In this document: positions 47,093 through 55,982 of the stretch, in pieces
Layout of the letters: every line of letters begins with the position of its first letter
Numbering within the stretch: position 1 is the stretch's first letter
NCBI GenBank assembly: GCA_029547265.1
Contig: JAKPPP010000332.1
Coordinates: 2,090 to 66,089, forward strand
Direction: 5' to 3'
Origin: Bacteroidota bacterium
GTDB taxonomy: Bacteria > Bacteroidota > Bacteroidia > AKYH767-A > OLB10
Length of the DNA: 64,000 nucleotides
Position numbers and translations under genes: made by a program
The notes under the pieces: generated by a model
Seen by the model: the letters and a program-made list of their open reading frames with translations, nothing else
What the model was told of the DNA's origin: nothing
The model's database searches: none

Positions 47093-47449
47093 ATGAAGCC
47101 ATTTCTGCTTTTACTACCATTTCTTGTGCTCTTTTATGCGTCAAGTGCGCAAAAGACCGAGGTTGTGCGTGTTCGCAAATATGCAGTTGAATTTCCATAT
47201 GCGGAGATAACTAAGACCATACCGGTTCTTAAAAAGAAAATCTCGAGCATTTCAGGAGTTTCTATTTCAGGATATTGTCCCACGGTTAAAACAGTCTTCT
47301 TTTCTTCAACGGATGAGTCTTATTTTAATTTGTTGATAGCCTTTAAAGAGTTAGAACTTGTTTATTACATCCGACCTTCCGATAAAGATGTAGCTTATTG
47401 CCAAGATATGGGAGATGTAGAATACGAAAGCTCTTCTCAAAATCACTAG
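47093..47449 (+). CDS. Small secreted protein, paralog B of the 42241-42609 product
   Basis: Signal peptide, then YAVEFPYAEITKTIPVLKKKISSISGVSISGYC... and ...VAYC. It lies 4 nt upstream of the second cargo gene. Confidence 0.6.
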   Translation: MKPFLLLLPFLVLFYASSAQKTEVVRVRKYAVEFPYAEITKTIPVLKKKISSISGVSISGYCPTVKTVFFSSTDESYFNLLIAFKELELVYYIRPSDKDVAYCQDMGDVEYESSSQNH

Positions 47450-47453
47450 AACC

Positions 47454-48884
47454 ATGAAAACATACTTATACATTACGGGTTTTGCAGCTTTGCTATTATT
47501 TAGCAAGTCAACTGTAAACGCTCAAACAACTTCGGCATCTTCAGTTTCTGAAATTGCACCTACCAATACTTGGAAGTTATTGAAGGATGTAGAAGCTAAT
47601 AAAGGCTATTCGTTTAACGGTACTGCCGGAAAAACTTATCGTTTTTCTTTTTGTCATGATATCGGTGGAGGACGTTGTAAAGGCGACGCGCAAATTACAA
47701 TCTTGAATAAAGATGGCAATAAGGTGTTAAATGGATCAAACGACGACTATTGCGGAACTAGTCCGTATTTAGTTTGGAAGTGTAATGAAACAAGTACTTA
47801 TCGTTTACTTATAACTGCAGTAAATAATGAAGATATTCCTGATTTAGGAACGTTAGCGTATTCAATTGCTGAACCTGTATTTTGTCCACAAGGCTTAGGT
47901 AAAGGTGTGGTAAATGTTGCTTCCTTACCATTCTCAAGCGGTGCAGGTACAACTGCGAATATGTCGAATGATATGGAATGTACAACCACAGGATTTGCTG
48001 CGCTTGACAAAGGTGAGGATCAAGTTTTTGTTTTTTCTCCGGTTACTACCGGATTGTTAAAAGCTGAATTGAATTCATCTGCCGAAAATGTAACTCTAAC
48101 GTTATTTGAAGGATGTCCTTTAGTCGGAAACAAATCGGTTGTTGTTGCTCGTTCAGAAGGGAATTTAGTTCAATCTGTTTCTGCTGATGTACAACGAGGG
48201 TTGTCATATTATTTAGTAGTGGATTCAAAACTTCCTACGATGAATTTTTCGTACGGGAATATTAAAATTTTAGCTCCTAATTATCGTGATACTAAGGTTG
48301 TTCTTTCTTCAGCTTCACCAACAAATAAGGCAAAAGATGCAGAGCAATTTACTGTTGATGTAAAGACTGCTTCTATTACTTGTAAATGGGTTCCTCAAGC
48401 AGGTAGTATGTATGAACTTCAACGCAGTGAAGGAGGGGAATTCTCGACTTTCTACAAGTCAGCTTATATTGAAGATGGAAAACCTCAAACAGAATTTAAA
48501 TTCGATGACAAGAAAATTACTTCAGGTTTAAAATATTATTACCGATTGAAAGTAATTAAGGATGATTCTAAAGTGGCCTATACAGGTGCTGTAGCCGCTA
48601 TGATGAAAGATAAAGGTGTTGCCGTACTTGAAACACATCATGATAAAGCTAGTGATGTAACTACAGTAAATTATGTTATTAGCCGCCCTTCTTTAATTAC
48701 TATTGAGATTACGGATTTGTCAGGTAAAACGATTAAGCAATATAATCAAGGATTACAAAAGTCAGGCCAATATTCATTCCCTTTTTCTGTTGCAGAAAAC
48801 AATCTAACAGAAGGAACTTATAATGTTAGTGTCTGGGTAGATGATGATAAATATACTGCTACTTTATCGAGCGAGGAATATTAG
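47454..48884 (+). CDS. Secreted Cys-rich protein (476 aa), short paralog of the 1473-aa protein, with T9SS CTD-like C-terminus
   Basis: The N-domain TYRFSFC...AQITILNKDGNKV...NDDYCG...YRLLI is colinear with the large paralog. It has one Cys-rich unit (aa 144-275, nt 47883-48278: FCPQGLGKG..ASLPF..GEDQVFVFSP..GCP..SYYLVVD). It also has an FN3-like region and a terminal beta-sandwich (ITIEITDLSGKTIK...GTYNVSVWV). Confidence 0.75.
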   Translation: MKTYLYITGFAALLLFSKSTVNAQTTSASSVSEIAPTNTWKLLKDVEANKGYSFNGTAGKTYRFSFCHDIGGGRCKGDAQITILNKDGNKVLNGSNDDYCGTSPYLVWKCNETSTYRLLITAVNNEDIPDLGTLAYSIAEPVFCPQGLGKGVVNVASLPFSSGAGTTANMSNDMECTTTGFAALDKGEDQVFVFSPVTTGLLKAELNSSAENVTLTLFEGCPLVGNKSVVVARSEGNLVQSVSADVQRGLSYYLVVDSKLPTMNFSYGNIKILAPNYRDTKVVLSSASPTNKAKDAEQFTVDVKTASITCKWVPQAGSMYELQRSEGGEFSTFYKSAYIEDGKPQTEFKFDDKKITSGLKYYYRLKVIKDDSKVAYTGAVAAMMKDKGVAVLETHHDKASDVTTVNYVISRPSLITIEITDLSGKTIKQYNQGLQKSGQYSFPFSVAENNLTEGTYNVSVWVDDDKYTATLSSEEY

Positions 48885-50136
48885 TAGGAATCGCTTTTAT
48901 CTCAATAAACGATTTTAGTAAAGTAAAAACCTCATTGAATTTCGTGAGCGGTAACGTACTTGAAATATCGTAAATGTCGTGGTAAGCTGTTCGACCTCCT
49001 AGTGTATAGCAAAAGAAGGAAGGCACATTCTTTTCAGTGAAGTAATAATGATCGCTATTATGTGCTTTGCCACGCTTACCAATTTTCGGTAATAAATGAA
49101 GTTTGGTGTTAAGGCTGTCAATAATTTTAAAATCGTTTTCATAAACACTGCCATTAACTACCATTATACCTTCATCTCCTGTTCCCATTAAATCCACATT
49201 CAGTAAAAATTTGATATTTGATAGTGGAATTGTTGGCGATTCTGTATAATAATATGAGCCTAATAAACCTGCTTCTTCTCCTGCAAATGCAATGAATGCA
49301 ACTGAATAGGGTAATGAGTGATTGATATTAGTAAAGTACTTCGCAATATTTAACATCATTGCCGTTCCCGATGCATTATCATTTGCTCCCGGGAAAATTG
49401 TTTTCTTTCCCATCATTCCTAAATGATCATAATGAGCCGTAATTACTAAAAAGGAATCCGGGAAAAGTGTGCCCGGAATTATTCCTATAATATTGTTCGC
49501 TTTATAATTGATCAATTCCGCTTTTATATTGAGCGAGATTTTTGTAGGCTTCGAAGGAATAGAATTTCTAAGTATATGAATAATGGGCGCACTCTGTACA
49601 TCAGCAACTGTCCATGTTAATTTTTTTTCCTCGATGAAAATAAATCCCCTTGCTCCATTTTTATCATTGATAAAATTTTTAATGAAGTTCTTGTCCATTG
49701 CTCCATTGCTGCTCAAAGTATCAAGTAAAACAAATTTGTTAGCAACAGATGGTAAGTTCTTGAAATTACTTGAGTCTATTGTAACGATTGAGAAGGTGCC
49801 TTTTATAGAAGGGCACGATGCTGAAACAATGTAGTCAGCTCCGGGAGTTAGTGTGCGTTTATTAATCGCTACCGACATTTTACCCGGAAATGTATTTACA
49901 GGAAAAGTAAATGGCTGAAAATAGCTTTCGCCATTTTCTTTTTTTAATTGTAGTTTCTCGAATTCACCGGCTATGAATTCACCTGCTCGATTACATCCAT
50001 TTAGCACATAGCCTCTGCCGTTATATTGGTCAGAGGCTAATGTATTCACAATCGATCTTGCGTATGCAGTATCTTGTGCCGATGATATTTTAGTTGCTAG
50101 TATAAATGCAAATAAGACAATCAGTTGTAATCTCAT
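48859..50136 (-). CDS. M28-family aminopeptidase
   Basis: Signal peptide, ITAHYDHLG, GANDNASGTAMML, FAGEEAGLLGS and a distal His context (AYHD). The 3' end overlaps the convergent cargo gene by 26 nt. Confidence 0.8.
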   Translation of the reverse strand: MRLQLIVLFAFILATKISSAQDTAYARSIVNTLASDQYNGRGYVLNGCNRAGEFIAGEFEKLQLKKENGESYFQPFTFPVNTFPGKMSVAINKRTLTPGADYIVSASCPSIKGTFSIVTIDSSNFKNLPSVANKFVLLDTLSSNGAMDKNFIKNFINDKNGARGFIFIEEKKLTWTVADVQSAPIIHILRNSIPSKPTKISLNIKAELINYKANNIIGIIPGTLFPDSFLVITAHYDHLGMMGKKTIFPGANDNASGTAMMLNIAKYFTNINHSLPYSVAFIAFAGEEAGLLGSYYYTESPTIPLSNIKFLLNVDLMGTGDEGIMVVNGSVYENDFKIIDSLNTKLHLLPKIGKRGKAHNSDHYYFTEKNVPSFFCYTLGGRTAYHDIYDISSTLPLTKFNEVFTLLKSFIEIKAIPTNIPRSIK

Positions 50137-51086
50137 GATGCACTAAAGCGACGTTTAACTAATTCGTCAAGATCACTAAAAGTTTTAGCTTTTGTATTCC
50201 AATTCATTTTTCCTGCTAACTCTTCATAAAGAACTCTTCTTGCGTCATCATACACCGGCATGTTGTTTAATTTGTCGATGCTCTCCATGAACAACTGTTG
50301 ATTTCCTTCAAACAATTCGTTGATAAAGGCAAAACGTTCGTTGATGCCAATCGATTTTCTTAAGTCAATAACAGGCTTTGCCGAAAGTTTTTCTGCAATA
50401 GTAGCACCTTGCTGATTCTTCGAAATTTTATCGTATAATGTTTCTTGCTCTTTGTATTTGCTAGCAACCGTAGGAGTAACATCATCAAATAAGCTGGCAT
50501 TAACAACAACTTTTTTCGCTTCCTCAACAACACGGGGAGTTTCAACAACTGCAGCAGCTATTATCTCCGCCTTTTCTGATGGAGAACTTAAAATCACTTC
50601 CGGTTGAATTTCTTTTTTAGTCTCAATAACGGGTTGTGCAGCTATTACCGGTTCTTCAATTTCTGTTTCAATAACAACAGGCTTTTCTTCAACTACAATT
50701 GTTTCAGATATTGCTGTAACAGTTTCTTCAATTTCCGGTTCAGGCATTATATCATTCATTATAATTACTTCGGGAATTTGAGGTTCCTCAAAGTGAACTT
50801 CAGGCTCAGGTTCAGAAATGATTATTGGAGCTTGCTTTTCAGTAATTTTTTGTTTTACAGCAAGTGGTTGTTGAATATGTAGAGTTTCAGGTTCCATCGG
50901 ACGCTGACTCACAATCTGAAGCTCGTGTAATTGTTGGTATAAATTGCGAACAGTATGCTTCATTAAATCGATCTCAATTAACGGAATTGGTCCGCCATTT
51001 TCAGCAGCCATTAAAAATTGTTCAGTGAAAGTTTCAATCTGATGGTTTATCGATTGAATGATGATTTCGCGTTGATTCATGTTCAT
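50133..51086 (-). CDS. Hypothetical protein with Glu/Pro/Val/Ile-rich central linker
   Basis: 317 aa with structured N- and C-terminal ends flanking an acidic low-complexity region (EPEPEVHFEEPQIPEV...EIEETV...VVEEKPVVIETEIEEPV). Its stop overlaps the M28 start (ATGA). Confidence 0.55.
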   Translation of the reverse strand: MNMNQREIIIQSINHQIETFTEQFLMAAENGGPIPLIEIDLMKHTVRNLYQQLHELQIVSQRPMEPETLHIQQPLAVKQKITEKQAPIIISEPEPEVHFEEPQIPEVIIMNDIMPEPEIEETVTAISETIVVEEKPVVIETEIEEPVIAAQPVIETKKEIQPEVILSSPSEKAEIIAAAVVETPRVVEEAKKVVVNASLFDDVTPTVASKYKEQETLYDKISKNQQGATIAEKLSAKPVIDLRKSIGINERFAFINELFEGNQQLFMESIDKLNNMPVYDDARRVLYEELAGKMNWNTKAKTFSDLDELVKRRFSAS

Positions 51087-51232
51087 AGGATTAAAACTAT
51101 AATTCTTTTGACATTATTGTGCCAAATGGAGGTTTGATACAAAAATGGCTGAAAATCACCCTCTGTTTACATGAAGAAAGGAGCAACTATTAACAAATTG
51201 CCGTTAATTGTACTTTTCTAAGATCGAACCTT

Positions 51233-51278
51233 CATTGTCAGCACTTTGTCAGAATCCCTGAAAAATGACAATGGTCAG
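51233..51278 (+). promoter_or_regulatory. Candidate regulatory element: repeated T(T/G)GTCAG heptamers and an 8-bp inverted repeat covering the annotated ATG of the TonB-dependent receptor
   Basis: TTGTCAG occurs at 51235-51241 and 51246-51252 (11-bp phasing), and TGGTCAG at 51272-51278. The arms CATTGTCA (51233-51240) and TGACAATG (51266-51273) are exact reverse complements. Confidence 0.3.
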
Positions 51279-53541
51279 CCGTTCTGTTACTAATCGACCC
51301 AAAAACCGACCGTATTTTCGCAACGTGATTAAAAGAGGGCTTATTATTAATGTTTTGATTTTATTGTTCACCTTGCACTTTTCAAAGGCTCAAGGCTTGA
51401 AAATAAAATCCTCTGATGGGAAACCGTTGGAAGGAGCAGTGGTGCTGTTTGCTTCCATCGCCGGCCATCAGGCTGAGGCTCGATTTACCGACAACGAGGG
51501 AGAAGTAAAAGTTCCTTCATTCCCTTATCCTATGATTCGTAAAGTGAATTTAATTGGGTTTGTTCAGCATATCGATACAGTTAAAACTGCTTCTGAGGCA
51601 TTGACAATCATTCAGTTAAAGTCGGCGAATGTGAATTTCGACGAGGTAACCGTTACCGGAAGTTATATCCCGGGATACCAGTCAAATTCGGTTTATAACA
51701 TCGATGTAATCAATAGCAAAGAGATTGAACAACGTGCAGCAAATAATGTGAAAGATCTTTTGTCGCAAGAAATGAATGTAAATATTGCGAATGATGGCGT
51801 TTTGGGAAGTAGTATGTCGATTCAAGGTACCGGTGGTCAAAATGTTAAGTTTTTAATTGATGGAGTTCCCGTTATTGGCCGCCAAAATGGAAATATCGAT
51901 ATCAGTCAGTTGAATTTATCGAATATTGAACGAGTTGAAATTGTTAAAGGTCCGATGAGTGTTTTGTACGGTAGCGATGCACTGGGTGGTGTGGTAAACT
52001 TAATTACTAAAACTTCTTCCGATCAAAAGTTGACAGGTAGCTTAACAGGTTATTATGAAAATGTAGGACACTATAATCTAGATGCTAATGTAGGTTGGGG
52101 ATTTAAGAAAAGATCTCTTTCATTAGATATAGGTCGCAACTTTTTTGCTGGATGGAGTGAGTACGATTCATTACGTAGTCAGCAATGGCATCCAAAAGAA
52201 CAGTACTACGGTAATTTTAAATATTCGGGTACTGTGAATGGTTATAAAATGATTTTGCAAAGTTCTATTTATGATGAGAAAGTAATCAATAAAGGTGATC
52301 CTATTATTACTCCTTATTTCGCTTATGCGAACGATCAAAATTATTTGACAAGAAGAATTACTAATGCGTTCTCTACAGATAAAAGAATTAATGATAAAAG
52401 TTCATGGCAAATGAATTTGTCATATTCTTATTACAGATATGTAAAAAATTCATACATCAAAAACATGGTTGATCTTACCGATCAATTAACTGCGGATCCT
52501 GGCGATGATGATACTACAACTATGAATGGCTTTTTTGGTCGTACAGTATATAATCATAATTTTTCTGAAAAATTCGTATTGTTAACAGGAGTAGATGTTA
52601 ACTACGAAGGCGCTAAAGGAAAGAAAATTGATAATAGCACACATTCAATGACTGATGTTGCTGCATATGCTAGCCTCGATTATAAACCAATCGAAAATTT
52701 AACACTTCGCCCTTCGCTACGAGGAATTTACAATTCTCAATTTAATGCGCCTTTAGTTCCATCTTTAAATGTACTTTTTAAAGCATGTAATACATTGTCA
52801 TTAAGAGCTAGTTGGAGTAAAGGATTTAGAGCTCCTTCAATTAAAGAACAGTATTTGTTTTTTGTAGATATATCACATAATGTTAGAGGTAATAGCGATT
52901 TAATTGCTGAAAAATCTGATAATTATAATTTATCGCTTGAGTTTAAAAAAGCATTCGGTAAAAGAGTATTCAGTATCGAACCCGGTGTATTCTATAATAA
53001 TATCTTCGATCAAATTTCTTTGGTAGAAGTAGATGCCAATACTGCATTATACACTTATGTCAATCTTGATGAATTTATTTCGAAAGGTGGTGATGTGAAA
53101 GCTCGTTTTGTAACAGAAAGATTCCAAATTACAGGTGGGGCAGCATATACCGGAACTTGGTCGACTTTCGAGGGAGATCTCGATCAACCCGAAACTGCTT
53201 GGTATAGTGAGTTTAATGGTTCTGCCGATTATAAATTTACTAAGTTGAACTTTACTGTTTCAGCATATTGGAGATATATCGGTGAAAAACCAGTATACCT
53301 TTTGGAAGGAAGTAATGAATTGGTTAGAACAATGAATCAGGCATATCAATTAGTTGATTTCTCTGTAAGAAAACCATTGTTTAAAAATCATGTTACATTA
53401 AGTACAGGAGTAAAAAATATTATGGATGTTACAAATGTTAGATCTGCAGCTTCAGGTGGTGCACATTCTGGAGGAAACGACGGAACAACATCTATCGGAA
53501 TGGGAAGCTCTTATTTTGTTAAATTAATACTTAGCTTGTAA
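51265..53541 (+). CDS. TonB-dependent receptor (CarbopepD_reg-like N-domain, plug, barrel)
   Basis: GLKIKSSDGKPLEGAVV..., plug (IDVINSKEIEQRAANNVKDLL...IDGVPVIGRQNGNIDISQL...VEIVKGPMSVLYGSDALGGVVNLITK) and a long beta-barrel. The signal peptide begins near aa 21, so the in-frame GTG at 51325 may be the true start. Confidence 0.85.
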   Translation: MTMVSRSVTNRPKNRPYFRNVIKRGLIINVLILLFTLHFSKAQGLKIKSSDGKPLEGAVVLFASIAGHQAEARFTDNEGEVKVPSFPYPMIRKVNLIGFVQHIDTVKTASEALTIIQLKSANVNFDEVTVTGSYIPGYQSNSVYNIDVINSKEIEQRAANNVKDLLSQEMNVNIANDGVLGSSMSIQGTGGQNVKFLIDGVPVIGRQNGNIDISQLNLSNIERVEIVKGPMSVLYGSDALGGVVNLITKTSSDQKLTGSLTGYYENVGHYNLDANVGWGFKKRSLSLDIGRNFFAGWSEYDSLRSQQWHPKEQYYGNFKYSGTVNGYKMILQSSIYDEKVINKGDPIITPYFAYANDQNYLTRRITNAFSTDKRINDKSSWQMNLSYSYYRYVKNSYIKNMVDLTDQLTADPGDDDTTTMNGFFGRTVYNHNFSEKFVLLTGVDVNYEGAKGKKIDNSTHSMTDVAAYASLDYKPIENLTLRPSLRGIYNSQFNAPLVPSLNVLFKACNTLSLRASWSKGFRAPSIKEQYLFFVDISHNVRGNSDLIAEKSDNYNLSLEFKKAFGKRVFSIEPGVFYNNIFDQISLVEVDANTALYTYVNLDEFISKGGDVKARFVTERFQITGGAAYTGTWSTFEGDLDQPETAWYSEFNGSADYKFTKLNFTVSAYWRYIGEKPVYLLEGSNELVRTMNQAYQLVDFSVRKPLFKNHVTLSTGVKNIMDVTNVRSAASGGAHSGGNDGTTSIGMGSSYFVKLILSL

Positions 53542-54560
53542 TGAGAAATATCGTTTTAATATTCGTCTCTGCTTTGTTTTTGTTCTCTTCTTGTATGAAA
53601 GAAGATGATGCTATAACATTGCCTGCGCCCGGATCCGTTAAGCAAATGACTGCCGTGATGGGTAATAATTATGAAACCCAAATTTATGTGAATCTCGAAA
53701 CAGGTGCGTCAGTATCTCGACCTTATAAAGCGTATGATCTAGCTTTTGAAGCTTCGCCGCAAGGAATGAGAATTTATTTGAATAGCGGTAAATACATGTT
53801 TGCTTGTAATACAGGTAATGATCAAATGACTGTTGCAGATTCAGTAGGAAAAGAATGGAATATCGATGATGAACAATTGCTTGATGATAGTTTAGCAATG
53901 AAATATTATTGGCAGAATTCTTCATTTAACGCTGGCGGAAGTAATGTTTATGTAATTGATAGAGGTAAACCAGAACATACTGGTTCTGCTCGTTGGAGAA
54001 AGTTTAAAGTGCTTTCAGTTACAGCTACCGAATACAAAATTTGTTTTAGTAAATATGATAATTCGGCTTATGATACCGCTGTGATTACTAAAGATCCTGC
54101 GTATGCATTAATGTATTTTAATTTCGATACACCTCATCAACTTGTTCAGCAAGCTCCTCCGTCAGCCGATTGGGATGTGGTGTTTACGAAATATACACAC
54201 GTGTTCTTTGAAGAACCTATTGGCTCACCATTTAGATATTATCCTGTATGTGGAGCACTAAATAATATTTGGGTCGGAACTCAAGCATTGCGTCAGCAAA
54301 AAGATTCTGTAGCGAATTATATTCCTATGGAACAATGTACATATTCGCTTCTTAATAGTTATCAGTTTAGCAATGATGCAGATGTGGTAGGTTATAATTG
54401 GAAGTATTATGACTTTAATGATGCTCACTATCATGTGTATCCTGATTTATACTTTGTTGTAAAAGCAGCATCAGGTTACTATTATAAACTTAGAATGGTC
54501 GATTTTTATAATCAACAAGGCGATAAAGGTACAGTGACCTTTGAATCACAAAGAATGTAA
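53541..54560 (+). CDS. HmuY-like lipoprotein
   Basis: Lipobox LFSSC and an AYDLAFE motif (the WDLAF-like hallmark of the HmuY family). It lies immediately downstream of the TonB-dependent receptor, with a 1-nt overlap. Confidence 0.5.
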   Translation: MRNIVLIFVSALFLFSSCMKEDDAITLPAPGSVKQMTAVMGNNYETQIYVNLETGASVSRPYKAYDLAFEASPQGMRIYLNSGKYMFACNTGNDQMTVADSVGKEWNIDDEQLLDDSLAMKYYWQNSSFNAGGSNVYVIDRGKPEHTGSARWRKFKVLSVTATEYKICFSKYDNSAYDTAVITKDPAYALMYFNFDTPHQLVQQAPPSADWDVVFTKYTHVFFEEPIGSPFRYYPVCGALNNIWVGTQALRQQKDSVANYIPMEQCTYSLLNSYQFSNDADVVGYNWKYYDFNDAHYHVYPDLYFVVKAASGYYYKLRMVDFYNQQGDKGTVTFESQRM

Positions 54561-54601
54561 ACAAAAAATCAAAATTATATCAACATCAATACCTTAAAAT
54601 A

Positions 54602-55861
54602 ATGAAGTCAAAATTACAAACCTTGCTTAGTGCGGTGATGTTAATTGTATTCGCATCTTTTAATTCTTCTGCACAAACCCCCGATACAGTTTCTATCCAA
54701 CAGAGTTATACTCATCAAGCTTTTTACAGCTTTACCAACGGAACTGTAGTTAGTCATGTAAACACTGATTGGGATCTTGCATTCCAATTAAGAGGTTTCG
54801 CAGCATCTATCCTTATTAACTCTAAAAACAATGTTCATCTTTGGAAAGCAAATAAGGAAGCCGGCGATTGGTCTACAATGACATCTTACGATACTACAGG
54901 TATCGTAAGTAATCCTTCATATGAATTGTATAACACTGATACTTCATGGAATTACGGAGCATTTAATGTTACCAATAATCCTGCAGATCAGTTCGATTTA
55001 GGATGGGGAAATTATGATTTCTTATCACATACAATCGTTGGTGATTCTATTTACTTCATTAAACTTGGGGCAGACTATAAAAAATTATGTATCGTTGATT
55101 TAGCTAGCGGAATCTATACTTTCAAATGGGCTAATCTTGATGGAAATAATGAAACTACAGCAACATTGAGTAAATCAAATTATACAGGGAAGTTCTTTGC
55201 GTATTATTCATTGGTTAATAATTATGCAATTGATCGTGAGCCTACGTATAATGCTTGGGATTTAAGTTTCGCTCAGTATATGGCTGTAACGCCATTTGTT
55301 TATAAAGTAACAGGTGTGTTAAGTAATGATTCTGTTCTTGTTGCTAAAGCTTACCCTGTTGATGTTACTACAGCTACCCCTGCCGGTTTAACTTCAACGT
55401 ATACCATTAATAATATTGGTTACGATTGGAAAGCTTATGATTTCGGAACTAACACTTGGACATTGGCTGATTCAACTGTTTACTTCGTTACTGATCGTGC
55501 CGGAACAACATGGAAAATGGTATTTACCGGTTTCGATGGCGCTTCAACAGGTAACTTCTATTTCAATAAATCAGTTTCAACTGGAACAGGTCTAATTGAG
55601 AATTCTTCAATTCAAACTTTTGATGTTTATCCGAATCCTGCTCAAGGAATAACTCGAATGATGCTTTCTGCTAAAAATGCAGGCTATGCTCATGTTTCAT
55701 TAGTTGATGTTAGCGGAAGAGTAGCAATGACCACTCAGGTGTCACTTAATTATGGTGTTCAAGGTGTTAACCTCGACCTAAATGGAGTAACTCCGGGCTT
55801 ATATCAAGTCGTAGTTCGTCAAGGTAATGAACAACAGGTTTCAAGAATAATTGTGCAATAA
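54602..55861 (+). CDS. HmuY-like protein with T9SS C-terminal sorting domain
   Basis: Signal peptide, a TDWDLAFQ motif, and a C-terminal FDVYPNPAQGITRMML...VTPGLYQVVVRQGNEQQVSRIIVQ (T9SS CTD). Confidence 0.5.
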   Translation: MKSKLQTLLSAVMLIVFASFNSSAQTPDTVSIQQSYTHQAFYSFTNGTVVSHVNTDWDLAFQLRGFAASILINSKNNVHLWKANKEAGDWSTMTSYDTTGIVSNPSYELYNTDTSWNYGAFNVTNNPADQFDLGWGNYDFLSHTIVGDSIYFIKLGADYKKLCIVDLASGIYTFKWANLDGNNETTATLSKSNYTGKFFAYYSLVNNYAIDREPTYNAWDLSFAQYMAVTPFVYKVTGVLSNDSVLVAKAYPVDVTTATPAGLTSTYTINNIGYDWKAYDFGTNTWTLADSTVYFVTDRAGTTWKMVFTGFDGASTGNFYFNKSVSTGTGLIENSSIQTFDVYPNPAQGITRMMLSAKNAGYAHVSLVDVSGRVAMTTQVSLNYGVQGVNLDLNGVTPGLYQVVVRQGNEQQVSRIIVQ

Positions 55862-55881
55862 TTCACATTTAATTGATTAGT

Positions 55882-55912
55882 AGAGGGTTGTCGGGAGGCA
55901 GCCCTCTTTTGT
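55882..55912 (+). terminator. Rho-independent terminator ending the receptor/HmuY-like operon
   Basis: AGAGGGTTG / CAGCCCTCT stem (one G-U) with loop TCGGGAGG, followed by TTTTGTTTT. Confidence 0.7.
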
Positions 55913-55982
55913 TTTCTAGGTTATTAACAATTGATTTAGGCAGTCACTTCCTTGCTTAATTTAGAGGCAGAAATTACCTACC

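Noticed and set aside
50604-50882. The 92-aa Phe/Asn/Arg-rich ORF, together with many other long antisense ORFs in the track: 10008-10346, 12202-12540, 13909-14310, 19276-19644, 33603-33965, 35717-36061, 39348-39860, 60378-60990, 61284-61693 and 62667-63098.
   Set aside because: Each lies entirely antisense to a gene with strong family signatures and has low-complexity or odd composition. These are shadow ORFs typical of opposite-strand codon structure.
51087-51324. A cobalamin or other known riboswitch in the long leader of the TonB-dependent receptor/HmuY-like operon.
   Set aside because: I could not find the B12-box (GCCACTG-like) or the conserved GGTGAAAATCC/GCCCCCGC core elements. GCTGAAAATCACC is only a superficial resemblance. 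A cmscan against Rfam would be decisive.
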